Below the pieces are notes generated by a model, which saw nothing but the letters and a program-made list of their open reading frames with translations, did no database searches and was not told the origin of the DNA. 64,000 nucleotides of DNA, taken from NCBI GenBank assembly GCA_040285855.1, contig JAUFOQ010000013.1, positions 1,860,001-1,924,000 of the forward strand, given 5' to 3'. Made by a program: the position numbers and the translations under genes. The DNA comes from Eukaryota sp. GEM-RC1. Its lineage: Eukaryota. Shown piece by piece: positions 14,436 to 29,277 of this stretch. Position 1 is the first letter of the stretch, and each line of letters starts with the position of its first letter.

Positions 14436-15216
14436 ACTCTCAACAACCAAGACCTTTTGGTTTACATTTGAACAATGATGCTTGGAAGCAAAATATGCGT
14501 CTTAGGTTTATTCCCTAGTGGTTTGCTAAATAATTCAATCTGTGTTTGCGATAACCGAGCTACAGCCACATTTCGTCATGTTGTTAGTTGCAAGAAATTT
14601 TTGCAATTTCGATCTGTTCTACATAACACTGATCGTGATGTTACTTATGAAATGTTCAAATCCTACAATTATAGTTGTAAAATTGAACCTCTTCTGAAAC
14701 ATTATAGTGACAATAACGTGTTTGATTATCGGCGTGGTGACTTAATTGCTCCTTTCCTGGATTCATCTCAAGTTGTGGTTGATTTTACTACAGTTGACCC
14801 GTTTGCAAAAGTCTACCAAGACTCCATATTGAATGATTCGAATGGTCATCTGGAGAAGGCTGAACAACGAAAGTGTTCAAATTATGCGGATGTTTTGCAG
14901 AAGCTAAATGAAAATCTATATTCAAAGTTTTCATTTGTTCCATTTGCCATTTCATTTTTTGGTAATATTGGTCCAGCCGGTTTAAAGTTTTTCAGTGATT
15001 TTAGTCTTTTATGTCGTTCTAATGGCAAGGTGTTTAATAGCACTGTATGGATTAATCGAATTATGTTCGCTCTTTATAGAAGCATTCCCAAGTATTTATG
15101 TTCCATTTATTCGAAGTTGTATAGGGACAATTCTCGTGTTGATGTGGAGAATTTAGCTTCTTTCATTTTCTGAATTAGTATGTATTAATTTATTGTTGAA
15201 AATAATCTTTTTGTAT
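14436..15216 (+). mobile_element. Family A non-LTR RLE remnant, copy 5 (ORF 14475-15173)
   Basis: TSD ATGTGGTAA at 14427-14435 and 15217-15225; 232-aa ORF. Confidence 0.92.
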
Positions 15217-18200
15217 ATGTGGTAATCAATTTTATTTGATTTTGAATTGTTGTTGTATCACGGCCACTTGACATCATAACCATTGAGATGATGATACTAC
15301 AATCCCGTCTGTCATCGATTTTAACAAGAGATAACAACACCTCTACATCATCCTATTTTTACGTCTTCCATTTATCGCTTTCTATTTCTCTCCATTAGTT
15401 GAGAAACTGTACAAATTTGGTGTGAAGGTTAATGTTTAAAAACGTAAAAACGTCCTTATTAGGAGATGAGTATTCTCAGCATTGGGATATCGTGTCTTTT
15501 TGTGATTTGGTCGTTTTGAGAGATACTAATCCTAATCAAAGTTGATACACATAACGCTGTTAGTTTGATATCGAAGACATTGTAATTAGTTCTCATCATT
15601 GAAAAAGATTTTCTTTTATTATTGATTGGGTTTACATCTTTGACATCTTTCAAGTTGTTCGACATTTTAATATATTTTAATTCAGTACCCAAATCAGTGC
15701 CTCCAAAATATAAATGTGTAAGACCAAATGAAAAATACAAAATCCACACGACTAAATTATTTTTGTAAAAGAATTATTTTGTTTATTCTAAAATGGGAGT
15801 TTCATTGTTGTGGAAGAACACTTCTAATTGTCTTGTCCATACACTTTTGCTTGGGCTTTTGGTTACTCTAATATGGCTGTCTGCCGTTAATAACACAAGC
15901 ATAATGGAGCTACTTAAGATTGTCCACTTGTCTGCAACCGTAGTTGGAATAGTAGATGATTTCTTCTCCAATAAAGACCAATCATAAAATGACAATCTTT
16001 TGTACACTACTGTATGAAGACAGTATAGACATGTGGTAATCAATTTTTTTTGACTCTGTATTGTTGTATCACAACCACTTGACATCATAACCATTGAGAT
16101 GCTGATACTACAATCGCGTCTGTCATCGAATTTAACAAAAGAGATAACAACACCTCTACATCATCCTATTCTTACGTCTTCCATTTATCGCTTTCTATTT
16201 CTCTCCATTAGTTGAGAAACTGTACAAATTTGGTGTGAAGGTTAATGTTGAAAAACGTAAAAACGTCCTTTTCAGGAGATGAGTGTTCTCAGCATTGGGA
16301 TATCGTGTCTTTTTGTGATTTGGTCGTTTTGAGAGATACTAATCCTAATCAAAGTTGATACACATAACGCTGTTAGTTTGATATTGAAGACATTTTAATT
16401 AGTTCTCATCATTGAAAAAGATTTTATTTTTTTATTTTTGATTGGGTTTACATCTTTGACATCTTTCAAGTTGTTCGACATTTTTATATACTTATATTCA
16501 GTATCCAAATCATTGCCTCCAGAATATAAATTTGTGAGACCAAATGAAAAATACAAAATCCACACGACCAAAATATTTTTGTAAAGAACTATTTTGTTTA
16601 TTCTAAAATGGGACTTTCATTGTTGTGGAAAAACACTTCTAATTGTCTTGTCCATACACTTTTGCTTGGGCTTTTGGTTACTCTAATATGGATGTGTGCC
16701 GTCAGTAACACAAGCATCATGGAGCTACTTAAGATTGTCCACTTGTCTGCAACCATAGTTGGAATAGTAGATGATTTCTTCTCCAATATAGACCAATCAT
16801 AAAATGACAATCTTCTGTACACTACTGTATGAAGACAGTATAGACATGTGGTAATCAAATTTTTTGATTTTGTATTGTTGTTATATCACAACCACTTGAC
16901 ATCAAAACCATTGAGATGCTGATACTACAATCGCGTCTGTCATCGATTTTAACAAAGAGATAACAAAACCTCTACATCATCCTATTTTTACATCTTCCAT
17001 TTATCGCTTTCTATTTCTCTCCATTAGTTGAGAAACTGTACAAATTTGGTGTGAAGGTTAATGTTGAAAAACGTAAAAACGTCCTTTTCAGGAGATGAGT
17101 GTTCTCAGCATTGGGATATCGTGTCTTTTTGTGATTTGGTCGTTTTGAGAGATACTAATCCTAATCAAAGTTGATACACATAACGCTGTTAGTTTGATAT
17201 TGAAGACATTTTAATTAGTTCTCATCATTGAAAAAGATTTTATTTTTTATTTTTTGATTGGGTTTACATCTTTGACATCTTTCAAGTTGTTCGACATTTT
17301 TATATACTTATATTCAGTATCCAAATCATTGCCTCCAGAATATAAATTTGTGAGACCAAATGAAAAATACAAAATCCACACGACCAAAATATTTTTGTAA
17401 AGAACTATTTTGTTTATTCTAAAATGGGACTTTCATTGTTGTGGAAAAACACTTCTAATTGTCTTGTCCATACACTTTTGCTTGGGCTTTTGGTTACTCT
17501 AATATGGATGTGTGCCGTCAGTAACACAAGCATCATGGAGCTACTTAAGATTGTCCACTTGTCTGCAACCATAGTTGGAATAGTAGATGATTTCTTCTCC
17601 AATATAGACCAATCATAAAATGACAATCTTCTGTACACTACTGTATGAAGACAGTATAGACATGTGGTAATCAAATTTTTGATTTTGTATTGTTGTTATA
17701 TCACAACCACTTGACATCAAAACCATTGAGATGCTGATACTACAATCGCGTCTGTCATCGATTTTAACAAAGAGATAACAAAACCTCTACATCATCCTAT
17801 TTTTACATCTTCCATTTATCGCTTTCTATTTCTCTCCATTAGTTGAGAAACTGTACAAATTTCGTGTGAAGGTTAATGTTGAAAAACGTAAAAACGTCCT
17901 TTTCAGCAGATGAGTATTCTCAGCATTGGGATATCGTGTCTTTTGTGATTTGGTCGTTTTGAGAGATACTAATCCTAATCAAAGTTGATACACATAACGC
18001 TGTTAATTTGATATTGAAGACTTTTTAATTATTTCTCATCATTGAAACAGATTTTCGTTTATTATTGATTGGGTTTACATCTTTAACATCTTTCCAGTTG
18101 TTCGACATTATAATATATTTTAATTCAGTACCCAAATCAGTGCCTCCAAAATATAAATTTGTAAGACCAAATGAAAACAACAAAATCCACACGACTAAAT

Positions 18201-21200
18201 TATTTTTGTAAAAGAATTATTTTGTTTATTCTAAAATGGGGGTTTCATTGTTGTGGAAGAACACTTCTAATTGTCTTGTCCCTACACTTTTGCTTGGGCT
18301 TTTGGTTATTCTAATATGGATGTGTGCCGTTAATAACACAAGCATCATGGAGCTACTTAAGATTGTCCACTTGTCTGCAACCATAGTTGGAATAGTAGAT
18401 GATTTCTTCTCCAATAAAGACCAATCATAAAATGACAATCTTTTGTACACTACTGTATGAAGACAGTAAAGACATGTGGTAATCATTTTTTGACTCTGTA
18501 TTGTTGTTGTATCACAACCACTTGACATCATAACCATTGAGATGCTGATACTACAATCGCGTCTGTCATCGATTTTAACAAAAGAGATAACAACACCTCT
18601 ACATCATCCTATTCTTACATCTTCCATTTATCGCTTTCTATTTCTCTCCATTAGTTGAGAAACTGTACAAATTTGGTGTGAAGGTTAATGTTTAAAAACG
18701 TAAAAACGTCCTTTCCAGGAGATGAGTATTCTCAGCATTGGGATATCGTGTCTTTTGTGATTTGGTCGTTTTGAGAGATACTAATTCTAATCAAAGTTGA
18801 TATACAAAAACGCTGTTAGTTTGATATTGAAGACATTTTAATTAGTTCTCATCATTGAAAAGATTTTATTTTTTATTTTTGATTGGGTTTACATCTTTGA
18901 CATCTTTCAAGTTGTTCGACATTTTTATATACTTATATTCAGTATCCAAATCGTTGCCTCCAGAATATAAATTTGTGAGACCAAATGAAAAATACAAAAT
19001 CCACACGACCAAAATATTTTTGTAAAGAACTATTTTGTTTATTCTAAAATGGGACTTTCATTGTTGTGGAAGAACACTTCTAATTGTCTTGTCCATACAC
19101 TTTTGCTTGGGCTTTTGGTTATTCTAATATGGATGTGTGCCGTTAATAACACAAGCATCATGGAGCTACTTAAGATTGTCCACTTGTCTGCAACCATAGT
19201 TGGAATAGTAGATGATTTCTTCTCCAATAAAGACCAATCATAAAATGACAATCTTTTGTACACTACTGTATGAAGACAGTATAGACATGTGGTAATCAAT
19301 TTTATTTGATTTTGAATTGTTGTTGTATCACGGCCACTTGACATCATAACCATTGAGATGATGATACTACAATCCCGTCTGTCATCGATTTTAACAAGAG
19401 ATAACAACACCTCTACATCATCCTATTTTTACGTCTTCCATTTATCGCTTTCTATTTCTCTCCATTAGTTGAGAAACTGTACAAATTTGGTGTGAAGGTT
19501 AATGTTTAAAAACGTAAAAACGTCCTTTTTAGGAGATGAGTATTCTCAGCATTGGGATATCGTGTCTTTTGTGATTTGGTCGTTTTGAGAGATACTAATC
19601 CTAATCAAAGTTGATACACATAACGCTGTTAGTTTGATATTGAAGACATTTTAATTAGTTCTCATCATTGAAAAGATTTTCTTTTATTATTGATTGGGTT
19701 TACATCTTTGACATCTTTCAAGTTGTTCGACATTTTAATATATTTTAATTCAGTACCCAAATCAGTGCCTCCAAAATATAAATTTGTAAGACCAAATGAA
19801 AAATACAAAATCCACACGACTAAATTATTTTTGTATAAGAATTATTTTGTTTATTCTAAAATGGGAGTTTCATTGTTGTGGAAGAACACCTCTAATTGTC
19901 TTGTCCATACACTTTTGCTTGGGCTTTTGGTTACTCTAATATGGATGTGTGCCGTTAATAACACAAGCATCATGGACCTACTTAAGATTGTCCACTTGTC
20001 TGCAACCATAGTTGGAATAGTAGATGATTTCTTCTCCAATAAAGACCAATCATAAAATGACAATCTTTTGTACACCACTGTATGAAGACAGTAAAGACAT
20101 GTGGTAATCATTTTTTGACTCTGTATTGTTGTTGTATCACAACCACTTGACATCATAACCATTGAGATGCTGATACTACAATCGTGTCTGTCATCGATTT
20201 TAACAAAAGAGATAATAACACCTCTACATCATCCTATTTTTACGTCTTCCATTTATCGCTTTCTATTTCTCTCCATTAGTTGAGAAACTGTACAAATTTG
20301 GTGTGAAGGTTAATATTTAAAAACGTAAAAACGTCCTTTTCAGGAGATGAGTATTCTCAGCATTGGGATATCGTGTCTTTTTGTGATTTGGTCGTTTTGA
20401 GAGATACTAATCCTAATCAAAGTTGATACACATAACGCTGTTAGTTTGATATTGAAGACATTTTAATTAGTTCTCATCATTGAAAAAGATTTTATTTTTA
20501 TTTTTGATTGGGTTTACATCTTTGACATCTTTCAAGTTGTTCGACATTTTTATATACTTATATCCAGTATCCAAATCATTGCCTCCAGAATATAAATTTG
20601 TGAGACCAAATGAAAAATACAAAATCCACACGACCAAAATATTTTTGTAAAGAACTATTTTGTTTATTCTAAAATGGGACTTTCATTATTGTAAAAAAAC
20701 ACGTCTAATTGTCTTGTCCATACACTTTTGCTTGGGCTTTTGGTTAATCTAATATGGATGTGTGCCGTTAATAACACAAGCATCATGGAGCTACTTAAGA
20801 TTGTCCACTTGTCTGCAACCGTAGTTGGAATAGTAGATGATTTCTTCTCCAATAAAGACCAATCATAAAATGACAATCTTTTGTACACTACTGTATGAAG
20901 ACAGTATAGACATGTGGTAATCAATTTTTTTTGACTCTGTATTGTTGTTGTATCACAACCACTTGACATCATAACCATTGAGATGCTGATACTACAATCG
21001 CGTCTGTCATCGATTTTAACAAAAGAGACAACAACACCTCTACATCATCCTATTTTTACGTCTTCCATTTATCGCTTTCTATTTCTCTCCATTAGTTGAG
21101 AAACTGTACAAATTTCGTGTGAAGGTTAATGTTGAAAAACGTAAAAACGTCCTTTTCAGCAGATGAGTATTCTCAGCATTGGGATATCGTGTCTTTTTGT

Positions 21201-24200
21201 GATTTGGTCGTTTTGAGAGATACTAATCCTAATCAAAGTTGATACACAAGGCGCTGTTAATTTGATATTGAAGACTTTTAATTATTTCTAATCATTAAAC
21301 AGATTTTCTTTTAATATTGATTGGGTTTACATCTTTGACATCTTTCAAGTTGTTCGACATTTTTATATACTTATATTCAGTATCCAAATCATTGCCTCCA
21401 GAATATAAATTTGTGAGACCAAATGAAAAATACAAAATCCACACGACCAAAATATTTTTGTAAAGAACTATTTTGTTTATTCTAAAATGGGACTTTCATT
21501 AATGTGGAAGAACACGTCTAATTGTCTTGTCCATACACTTTTGCTTGGGCTTTTGGTTAATCTAATATGGATGTGTGCCGTTAATTACACAAGCATCATG
21601 GAGCTACTTAAGATTGTCCACTTGTCTGCAACCGTAGTTGGAATAGTAGATGATTTCTTCTCCAATAAAGACCAATCATAAAATGACAATCTTTTGTACA
21701 CTACTGTATGAAGACAGTATAGACATGTGGTAATCAATTTTTTTGACTCTGTATTGTTGTTGTATCACAACCACTTGACATCATAACCATTGAGATGCTG
21801 ATACTACAATCGCGTCTGTCATCGATTTTAACAAAAGAGATAACAACACCTCTACATCATCCTATTCTTACATCTTCCATTTATCGCTTTCTATTTCTCT
21901 CCATTAGTTGAGAAACTGTACAAATTTGGTGTGAAGGTTAATGTTTAAAAACGTAAAAACGTCCTTTTCAGGAGATGAGTATTCTCAGCATTGGGATATC
22001 GTGTCTTTTTGTGATTTGGTCGTTTTGAGAGATACTAATCCTAATCAAAGTTGATACACATAACGCTGTTTGTTTGATATTGAAGACATTTTAATTAGTT
22101 CTCATCATTGAAAAGATTTTCTTTTATTATTGATTGTGTTTACATCTTTAACATCTTTCCAGTTGTTCGACATTTTAATATATTTTAATTCAGTACCCAA
22201 ATCAGTGCCTCCAAAATATAAATTTGTAAGACCAAATAAAAATACAAAATCCACACGACCAAAATATTTTTGTAAAAGAACTATTTTGTTTATTCTAAAA
22301 TGGGACTTTCATTGTTGTGGAAGAACACTTCTAATTGTCTTGTCCATACACTTTTGCTTGGGCTTTTGGTTATTCTAATATGGATGTGTGCCGTTAATAA
22401 CACAAGCATCATGGAGCTACTTAAGATTGTCCACTTGTCTGCAACCATAGTTGGAATAGTAGATGATTTCTTCTCCAATAAAGACCAATCATAAAATGAC
22501 AATCTTTTGTACACTACTGTATGAAGACAGTATAGACATGTGGTAATCAATTTTATTTGATTTTGAATTGTTGTTGTATCACGGCCACTTGACATCATAA
22601 CCATTGAGATGATGATACTACAATCCCGTCTGTCATCGATTTTAACAAGAGATAACAACACCTCTACATCATCCTATTTTTACGTCTTCCATTTATCGCT
22701 TTCTATTTCTCTCCATTAGTTGAGAAACTGTACAAATTTGGTGTGAAGGTTAATGTTTAAAAACGTAAAAACGTCCTTTTTAGGAGATGAGTATTCTCAG
22801 CATTGGGATATCGTGTCTTTTGTGATTTGGTCGTTTTGAGAGATACTAATCCTAATCAAAGTTGATACACATAACGCTGTTAGTTTGATATTGAAGACAT
22901 TTTAATTAGTTCTCATCATTGAAAAAGATTTTCTTTTATTATTGATTGGGTTTACATCTTTGACATCTTTCAAGTTGTTCGACATTTTAATATATTTTAA
23001 TTCAGTACCCAAATCAGTGCCTCCAAAATATAAATTTGTAAGACCAAATGAAAATACAAAATCCACACGACTAAATTATTTTTGTATAAGAATTATTTTG
23101 TTTATTCTAAAATGGGAGTTTCATTGTTGTGGAAGAACACCTCTAATTGTCTTGTCCATACACTTTTGCTTGGGCTTTTGGTTAATCTAATATGGATGTG
23201 TGCCGTTAATAACACAAGCATCATGGAGCTACTTAAGATTGTCCACTTGTCTGCAACCGTAGTTGGAATAGTAGATGATTTCTTCTCCAATAAAGACCAA
23301 TCATAAAATGACAATCTTTTGTACACTACTGTATGAAGACAGTATAGACATGTGGTAATCAATTTTTTTGACTCTGTATTGTTGTTGTATCACAACCACT
23401 TGACATCATAACCATTGAGATGCTGATACTACAATCGCGTCTGTCATCGATTTTAACAAAAGAGACAACAACACCTCTACATCATCCTATTTTTACGTCT
23501 TCCATTTATCGCTTTCTATTTCTCTCCATTAGTTGAGAAACTGTACAAATTTCGTGTGAAGGTTAATGTTGAAAAACGTAAAAACGTCCTTTTCAGCAGA
23601 TGAGTATTCTCAGCATTGGGATATCGTGTCTTTTGTGATTTGGTCGTTTTGAGAGATACTAATCCTAATCAAAGTTGATACACAAGGCGCTGTTAATTTG
23701 ATATTGAAGACTTTTTAATTATTTCTAATCATTAAACAGATTTTCTTTTAATATTGATTGGGTTTACATCTTTGACATCTTTCAAGTTGTTCGACATTTT
23801 TATATACTTATATTCAGTATCCAAATCATTGCCTCCAGAATATAAATTTGTGAGACCAAATGAAAAATACAAAATCCACACGACCAAAATATTTTTGTAA
23901 AGAACTATTTTGTTTATTCTAAAATGGGACTTTCATTAATGTGGAAGAACACGTCTAATTGTCTTGTCCATACACTTTTGCTTGGGCTTTTGGTTAATCT
24001 AATATGGATGTGTGCCGTTAATAACACAAGCATCATGGAGCTACTTAAGATTGTCCACTTGTCTGCAACCGTAGTTGGAATAGTAGATGATTTCTTCTCC
24101 AATAAAGACCAATCATAAAATGACAATCTTTTGTACACTACTGTATGAAGACAGTATAGACATGTGGTAATCAATTTTTTGACTCTGTATTGTTGTTGTA

Positions 24201-27200
24201 TCACAACCACTTGACATCATAACCATTGAGATGCTGATACTACAATCGCGTCTGTCATCGATTTTAACAAAAGAGATAACAACACCTCTACATCATCCTA
24301 TTTTTACGTCTTCCATTTGGCGCTTTCTATTTCTCTCCATTAGTTGAGAAACTGTACAAATTTCGTGTGAAGGTTAATGTTGAAAAACGTAAAAACGTCC
24401 TTTTCAGCAGATGAGTATTCTCAGCATTGGGATATCGTGTCTTTTTGTGATTTGGTCGTTTTGAGAGATACTAATCCTAATCAAAGTTGATACACAAGGC
24501 GCTGTTAATTTGATATTGAAGACTTCTTGATTATTTCTCATCATTGAAAAAGATTTTCTTTTATTATTGATTGGGTTTACATCTTTGACATCTTTCAAGT
24601 TGTTCGACATTTTTATATAATTATATTCAGTACCCAACTCATTGCCTCCAAAATATAAATTTGTAAGACCAAATGAAAATACAAAATCCACACGACCAAA
24701 ATATTTTTGTAAAGAACTATTTTGTTTATTCTAAAATGGGACTTTCATTAATGTGGAAGAACACGTCTAATTGTCTTGTCCATACACTTTTGCTTGGGCT
24801 TTTGGTTAATCTAATATGGATGTGTGCCGTTAATAACACAAGCATCATGGAGCTACTTAAGATTGTCCACTTGTCTGCAACCGTAGTTGGAATAGTAGAT
24901 GATTTCTTCTCCAATAAAGACCAATCATAAAATGACAATCTTTTGTACACTACTGTATGAAGACAGTAAAGACATGTGGTAATCATTTTTTGACTCTGTA
25001 TTGTTGTTGTATCACAACCACTTGACATCATAACCATTGAGATGCTGATACTACAATCGCGTCTGTCATCGAATTTAACAAAAGAGATAACAACACCTCT
25101 ACATCATCCTATTCTTACGTCTTCCATTTATCGCTTTCTATTTCTCTCCATTAGTTGAGAAACTGTACAAATTTGGTGTGAAGGTTAATGTTGAAAAACG
25201 TAAAAACGTCCTTTTCAGGAGATGAGTATTCTCAGCATTGGGATATCGTGTCTTTTTGTGATTTGGTCGTTTTGAGAGATATTAATCCTAATCAAAGTTG
25301 ATACACAAGGCGCTGTTAATTTGATATTGAAGACTTCTTGATTATTTCTCATCATTGAAACAGATTTTCTTTTATTATTGATTGGGTTTACATCTTTGTC
25401 ATCTTTCAAGTTGTTCGACATTTTTGTATACGTATATTCCGTATCCAAATCATTGCCTCCAAAATGAAAATTTGTAAGACCAAATGCAAAATACAAAATC
25501 CACACGACCAAAATATTTTTGTAAAAGAACTATTTTGTTTATTCTAAAATGGGACTTTCATTGTTGTGGAAGAACACGTCTAATTGACTTGTCCATACAC
25601 TTTTGCTTGGGCTTTTGGTTACTCTAATATGGATGTGTGCCGTCAATAACACAAGCATCATGGAGCTACTTAAGATTGTCCACTTGTCTGCAACTGTAGT
25701 TGGAATAGAAGATGATTTCTTCTCCAATAAAGACCAATCATAAAATGAAACTCTTTTGTACACTACTGTATGAAGACAGTATAGACATGTGGTAATCAAT
25801 TTTTTTTGACTCTGTATTGTTGTTGTATCACAACCACTTGACATCATAACCATTGAGATGCTGATACTACAATCGCGTCTGTCATCGATTTTAACAAAGA
25901 GATAACAACACCTCTACATCATCCTATTTTTACGTCTTCCATTTATCGCTTTCTATTTCTCTCCATTAGTTGAGAAACTGTACAAATTTCGTGTGAAGGT
26001 TAATGTTGAAAAACGTAAAAACGTCCTTTTCAGCAGATGAGTATTCTCAGCATTGGGATATCGTGTCTTTTTGTGATTTGGTCGTTTTGAGAGATACTAA
26101 TCCTAATCAAAGTTGATACACAAGGCGCTGTTAATTTGATATTGAAGACTTTTTTAATTATTTCTAATCATTAAACAGATTTTCTTTTAATATTGATTGG
26201 GTTTACATCTTTGACATCTTTCAAGTTGTTCGACATTTTTATATACTTATATTCAGTATCCAAATCATTGCCTCCAGAATATAAATTTGTGAGACCAAAT
26301 GAAAAATACAAAATCCACACGACCAAAATATTTTTGTAAAGAACTATTTTGTTTATTCTAAAATGGGACTTTCATTAATGTGGAAGAACACGTCTAATTG
26401 TCTTGTCCATACACTTTTGCTTGGGCTTTTGGTTAATCTAATATGGATGTGTGCCGTTAATAACACAAGCATCATGGAGCTACTTAAGATTGTCCACTTG
26501 TCTGCAACCGTAGTTGGAATAGTAGATGATTTCTTCTCCAATAAAGACCAATCATAAAATGACAATCTTTTGTACACTACTGTATGAAGACAGTATAGAC
26601 ATGTGGTAATCAATTTTTTTGACTCTGTATTGTTGTTGTATCACAACCACTTGACATCATAACCATTGAGATGCTGATACTACAATCGCGTCTGTCATCG
26701 ATTTTAACAAAAGAGATAACAACACCTCTACATCATCCTATTTTTACGTCTTCCATTTGGCGCTTTCTATTTCTCTCCATTAGTTGAGAAACTGTACAAA
26801 TTTCGTGTGAAGGTTAATGTTGAAAAACGTAAAAACGTCCTTTTCAGCAGATGAGTATTCTCAGCATTGGGATATCGTGTCTTTTTGTGATTTGGTCGTT
26901 TTGAGAGATATTAATCCTAATCAAAGTTGATACACAAGGCGCTGTTAATTTGATATTGAAGACTTCTTGATTATTTCTCATCATTGAAACAGATTTTCTT
27001 TTATTATTGATTGGGTTTACATCTTTGTCATCTTTCAAGTTGTTCGACATTTTTGTATACGTATATTCCGTATCCAAATCATTGCCTCCAAAATGAAAAT
27101 TTGTAAGACCAAATGCAAAATACAAAATCCACACGACCAAAATATTTTTGTAAAAGAACTATTTTGTTTATTCTAAAATGGGACTTTCATTGTTGTGGAA

Positions 27201-29277
27201 GAACACGTCTAATTGACTTGTCCATACACTTTTGCTTGGGCTTTTGGTTACTCTAATATGGATGTGTGCCGTTAATAACACAAGCATCATGGAGCTACTT
27301 AAGATTGTCCACTTGTCTGCAACCGTAGTTGGAATAGTAGATGATTTCTTCTCCAATAAAGACCAATCATAAAATGACAATCTTTTGTACACTACTGTAT
27401 GAAGACAGTATAGACATGTGGTAATCAATTTTTTTGACTCTGTATTGTTGTTGTATCACAACCACTTGACATCATAACCATTGAGATGCTGATACTACAA
27501 TCGCGTCTGTCATCGATTTTAACAAAAGAGATAACAACACCTCTACATCATCCTATTTTTACGTCTTCCATTTGGCGCTTTCTATTTCTCTCCATTAGTT
27601 GAGAAACTGTACAAATTTCGTGTGAAGGTTAATGTTGAAAAACGTAAAAACGTCCTTTTCAGCAGATGAGTATTCTCAGCATTGGGATATCGTGTCTTTT
27701 TGTGATTTGGTCGTTTTGAGAGATATTAATCCTAATCAAAGTTGATACACAAGGCGCTGTTAATTTGATATTGAAGACTTCTTGATTATTTCTCATCATT
27801 GAAACAGATTTTCTTTTATTATTGATTGGGTTTACATCTTTGTCATCTTTCAAGTTGTTCGACATTTTTGTATACGTATATTCCGTATCCAAATCATTGC
27901 CTCCAAAATGAAAATTTGTAAGACCAAATGCAAAATACAAAATCCACACGACCAAAATATTTTTGTAAAAGAACTATTTTGTTTATTCTAAAATGGGACT
28001 TTCATTGTTGTGGAAGAACACGTCTAATTGACTTGTCCATACACTTTTGCTTGGGCTTTTGGTTACTCTAATATGGATGTGTGCCGTCAATAACACAAGC
28101 ATCATGGAGCTACTTAAGATTGTCCACTTGTCTGCAACTGTAGTTGGAATAGAAGATGATTTCTTCTCCAATAAAGACCAATCATAAAATGAAACTCTTT
28201 TGTACACTACTGTATGAAGACAGTATAGACATGTGGTAATCAATTTTTTTTGACTCTGTATTGTTGTTGTATCACAACCACTTGACATCATAACCATTGA
28301 GATGCTGATACTACAATCGCGTCTGTCATCGATTTTAACAAAAGAGATAACAACACCTCTTCATCATCCTATTTTTACGTCTTCCATTTATCGCTTTCTA
28401 TTTCTCTCCATTAGTTGAGAAACTGTACAAATTTCGTGTGAAGGTTAATGTTGAAAAACGTAAAAACGTCCTTTTCAGCAGATGAGTATTCTCAGCATTG
28501 GGATATCGTGTCTTTTTGTGATTTGGTCGTTTTGAGAGACACTAATCCTAACTTAAAGTTGATACACATAACGCTGTTAATTTGATATTGAAGACTTTTT
28601 AATTATTTCTCATCATTGATGTCATCATTGAAACAGATTTTCTTTTATTATTGATTGGGTTTACATCTTTGACATCTTTCAAGTTGTTCGACATTGTAAT
28701 ATATTTTAATTCAGTACCCAAATCATTGCCTCCAAAATAATAATTTGTAAGACCAAATGAAAAATACAAAATCCACACGACTAAAATATTTTTGTAAAAG
28801 AACTATTTTGTTTATTCTAAAATGGGACTTTCATTGTTGTGGAAGAACACTTCTAATTTTCTTGTCCATACACTTTTGCTTGGGCTTTTGGTTACTCTAA
28901 TATGGATGTGTGCCGTCAATAACACAAGCATCATGGTGCTACTTAAGATTGTCCACTTGTCTGCAACTGTAGTTGGAATAGTAGATGATTTCTTCTCCAA
29001 TAAAGACCAATCATAAAATGAAACTCTTTTGTACACTACTGTATGAAGACAGTATAGACATGTGGTAATCAAATTTTTTGATTTTGTATTGTTGTTGTAT
29101 CACAACCACTTGACATCATAACCATTGAGATGCTGATACTACAATCGCGTCTGTCATCGATTTTAACAAAAGAGATAACAAAACCTCTACATCATCCTAT
29201 TTTTACATCTTCCATTTATCGCTTTCTTTTTTTCTCTCCATTAGTTGAGAAACTGTACAAATTTGGTGTGAAGGTTA

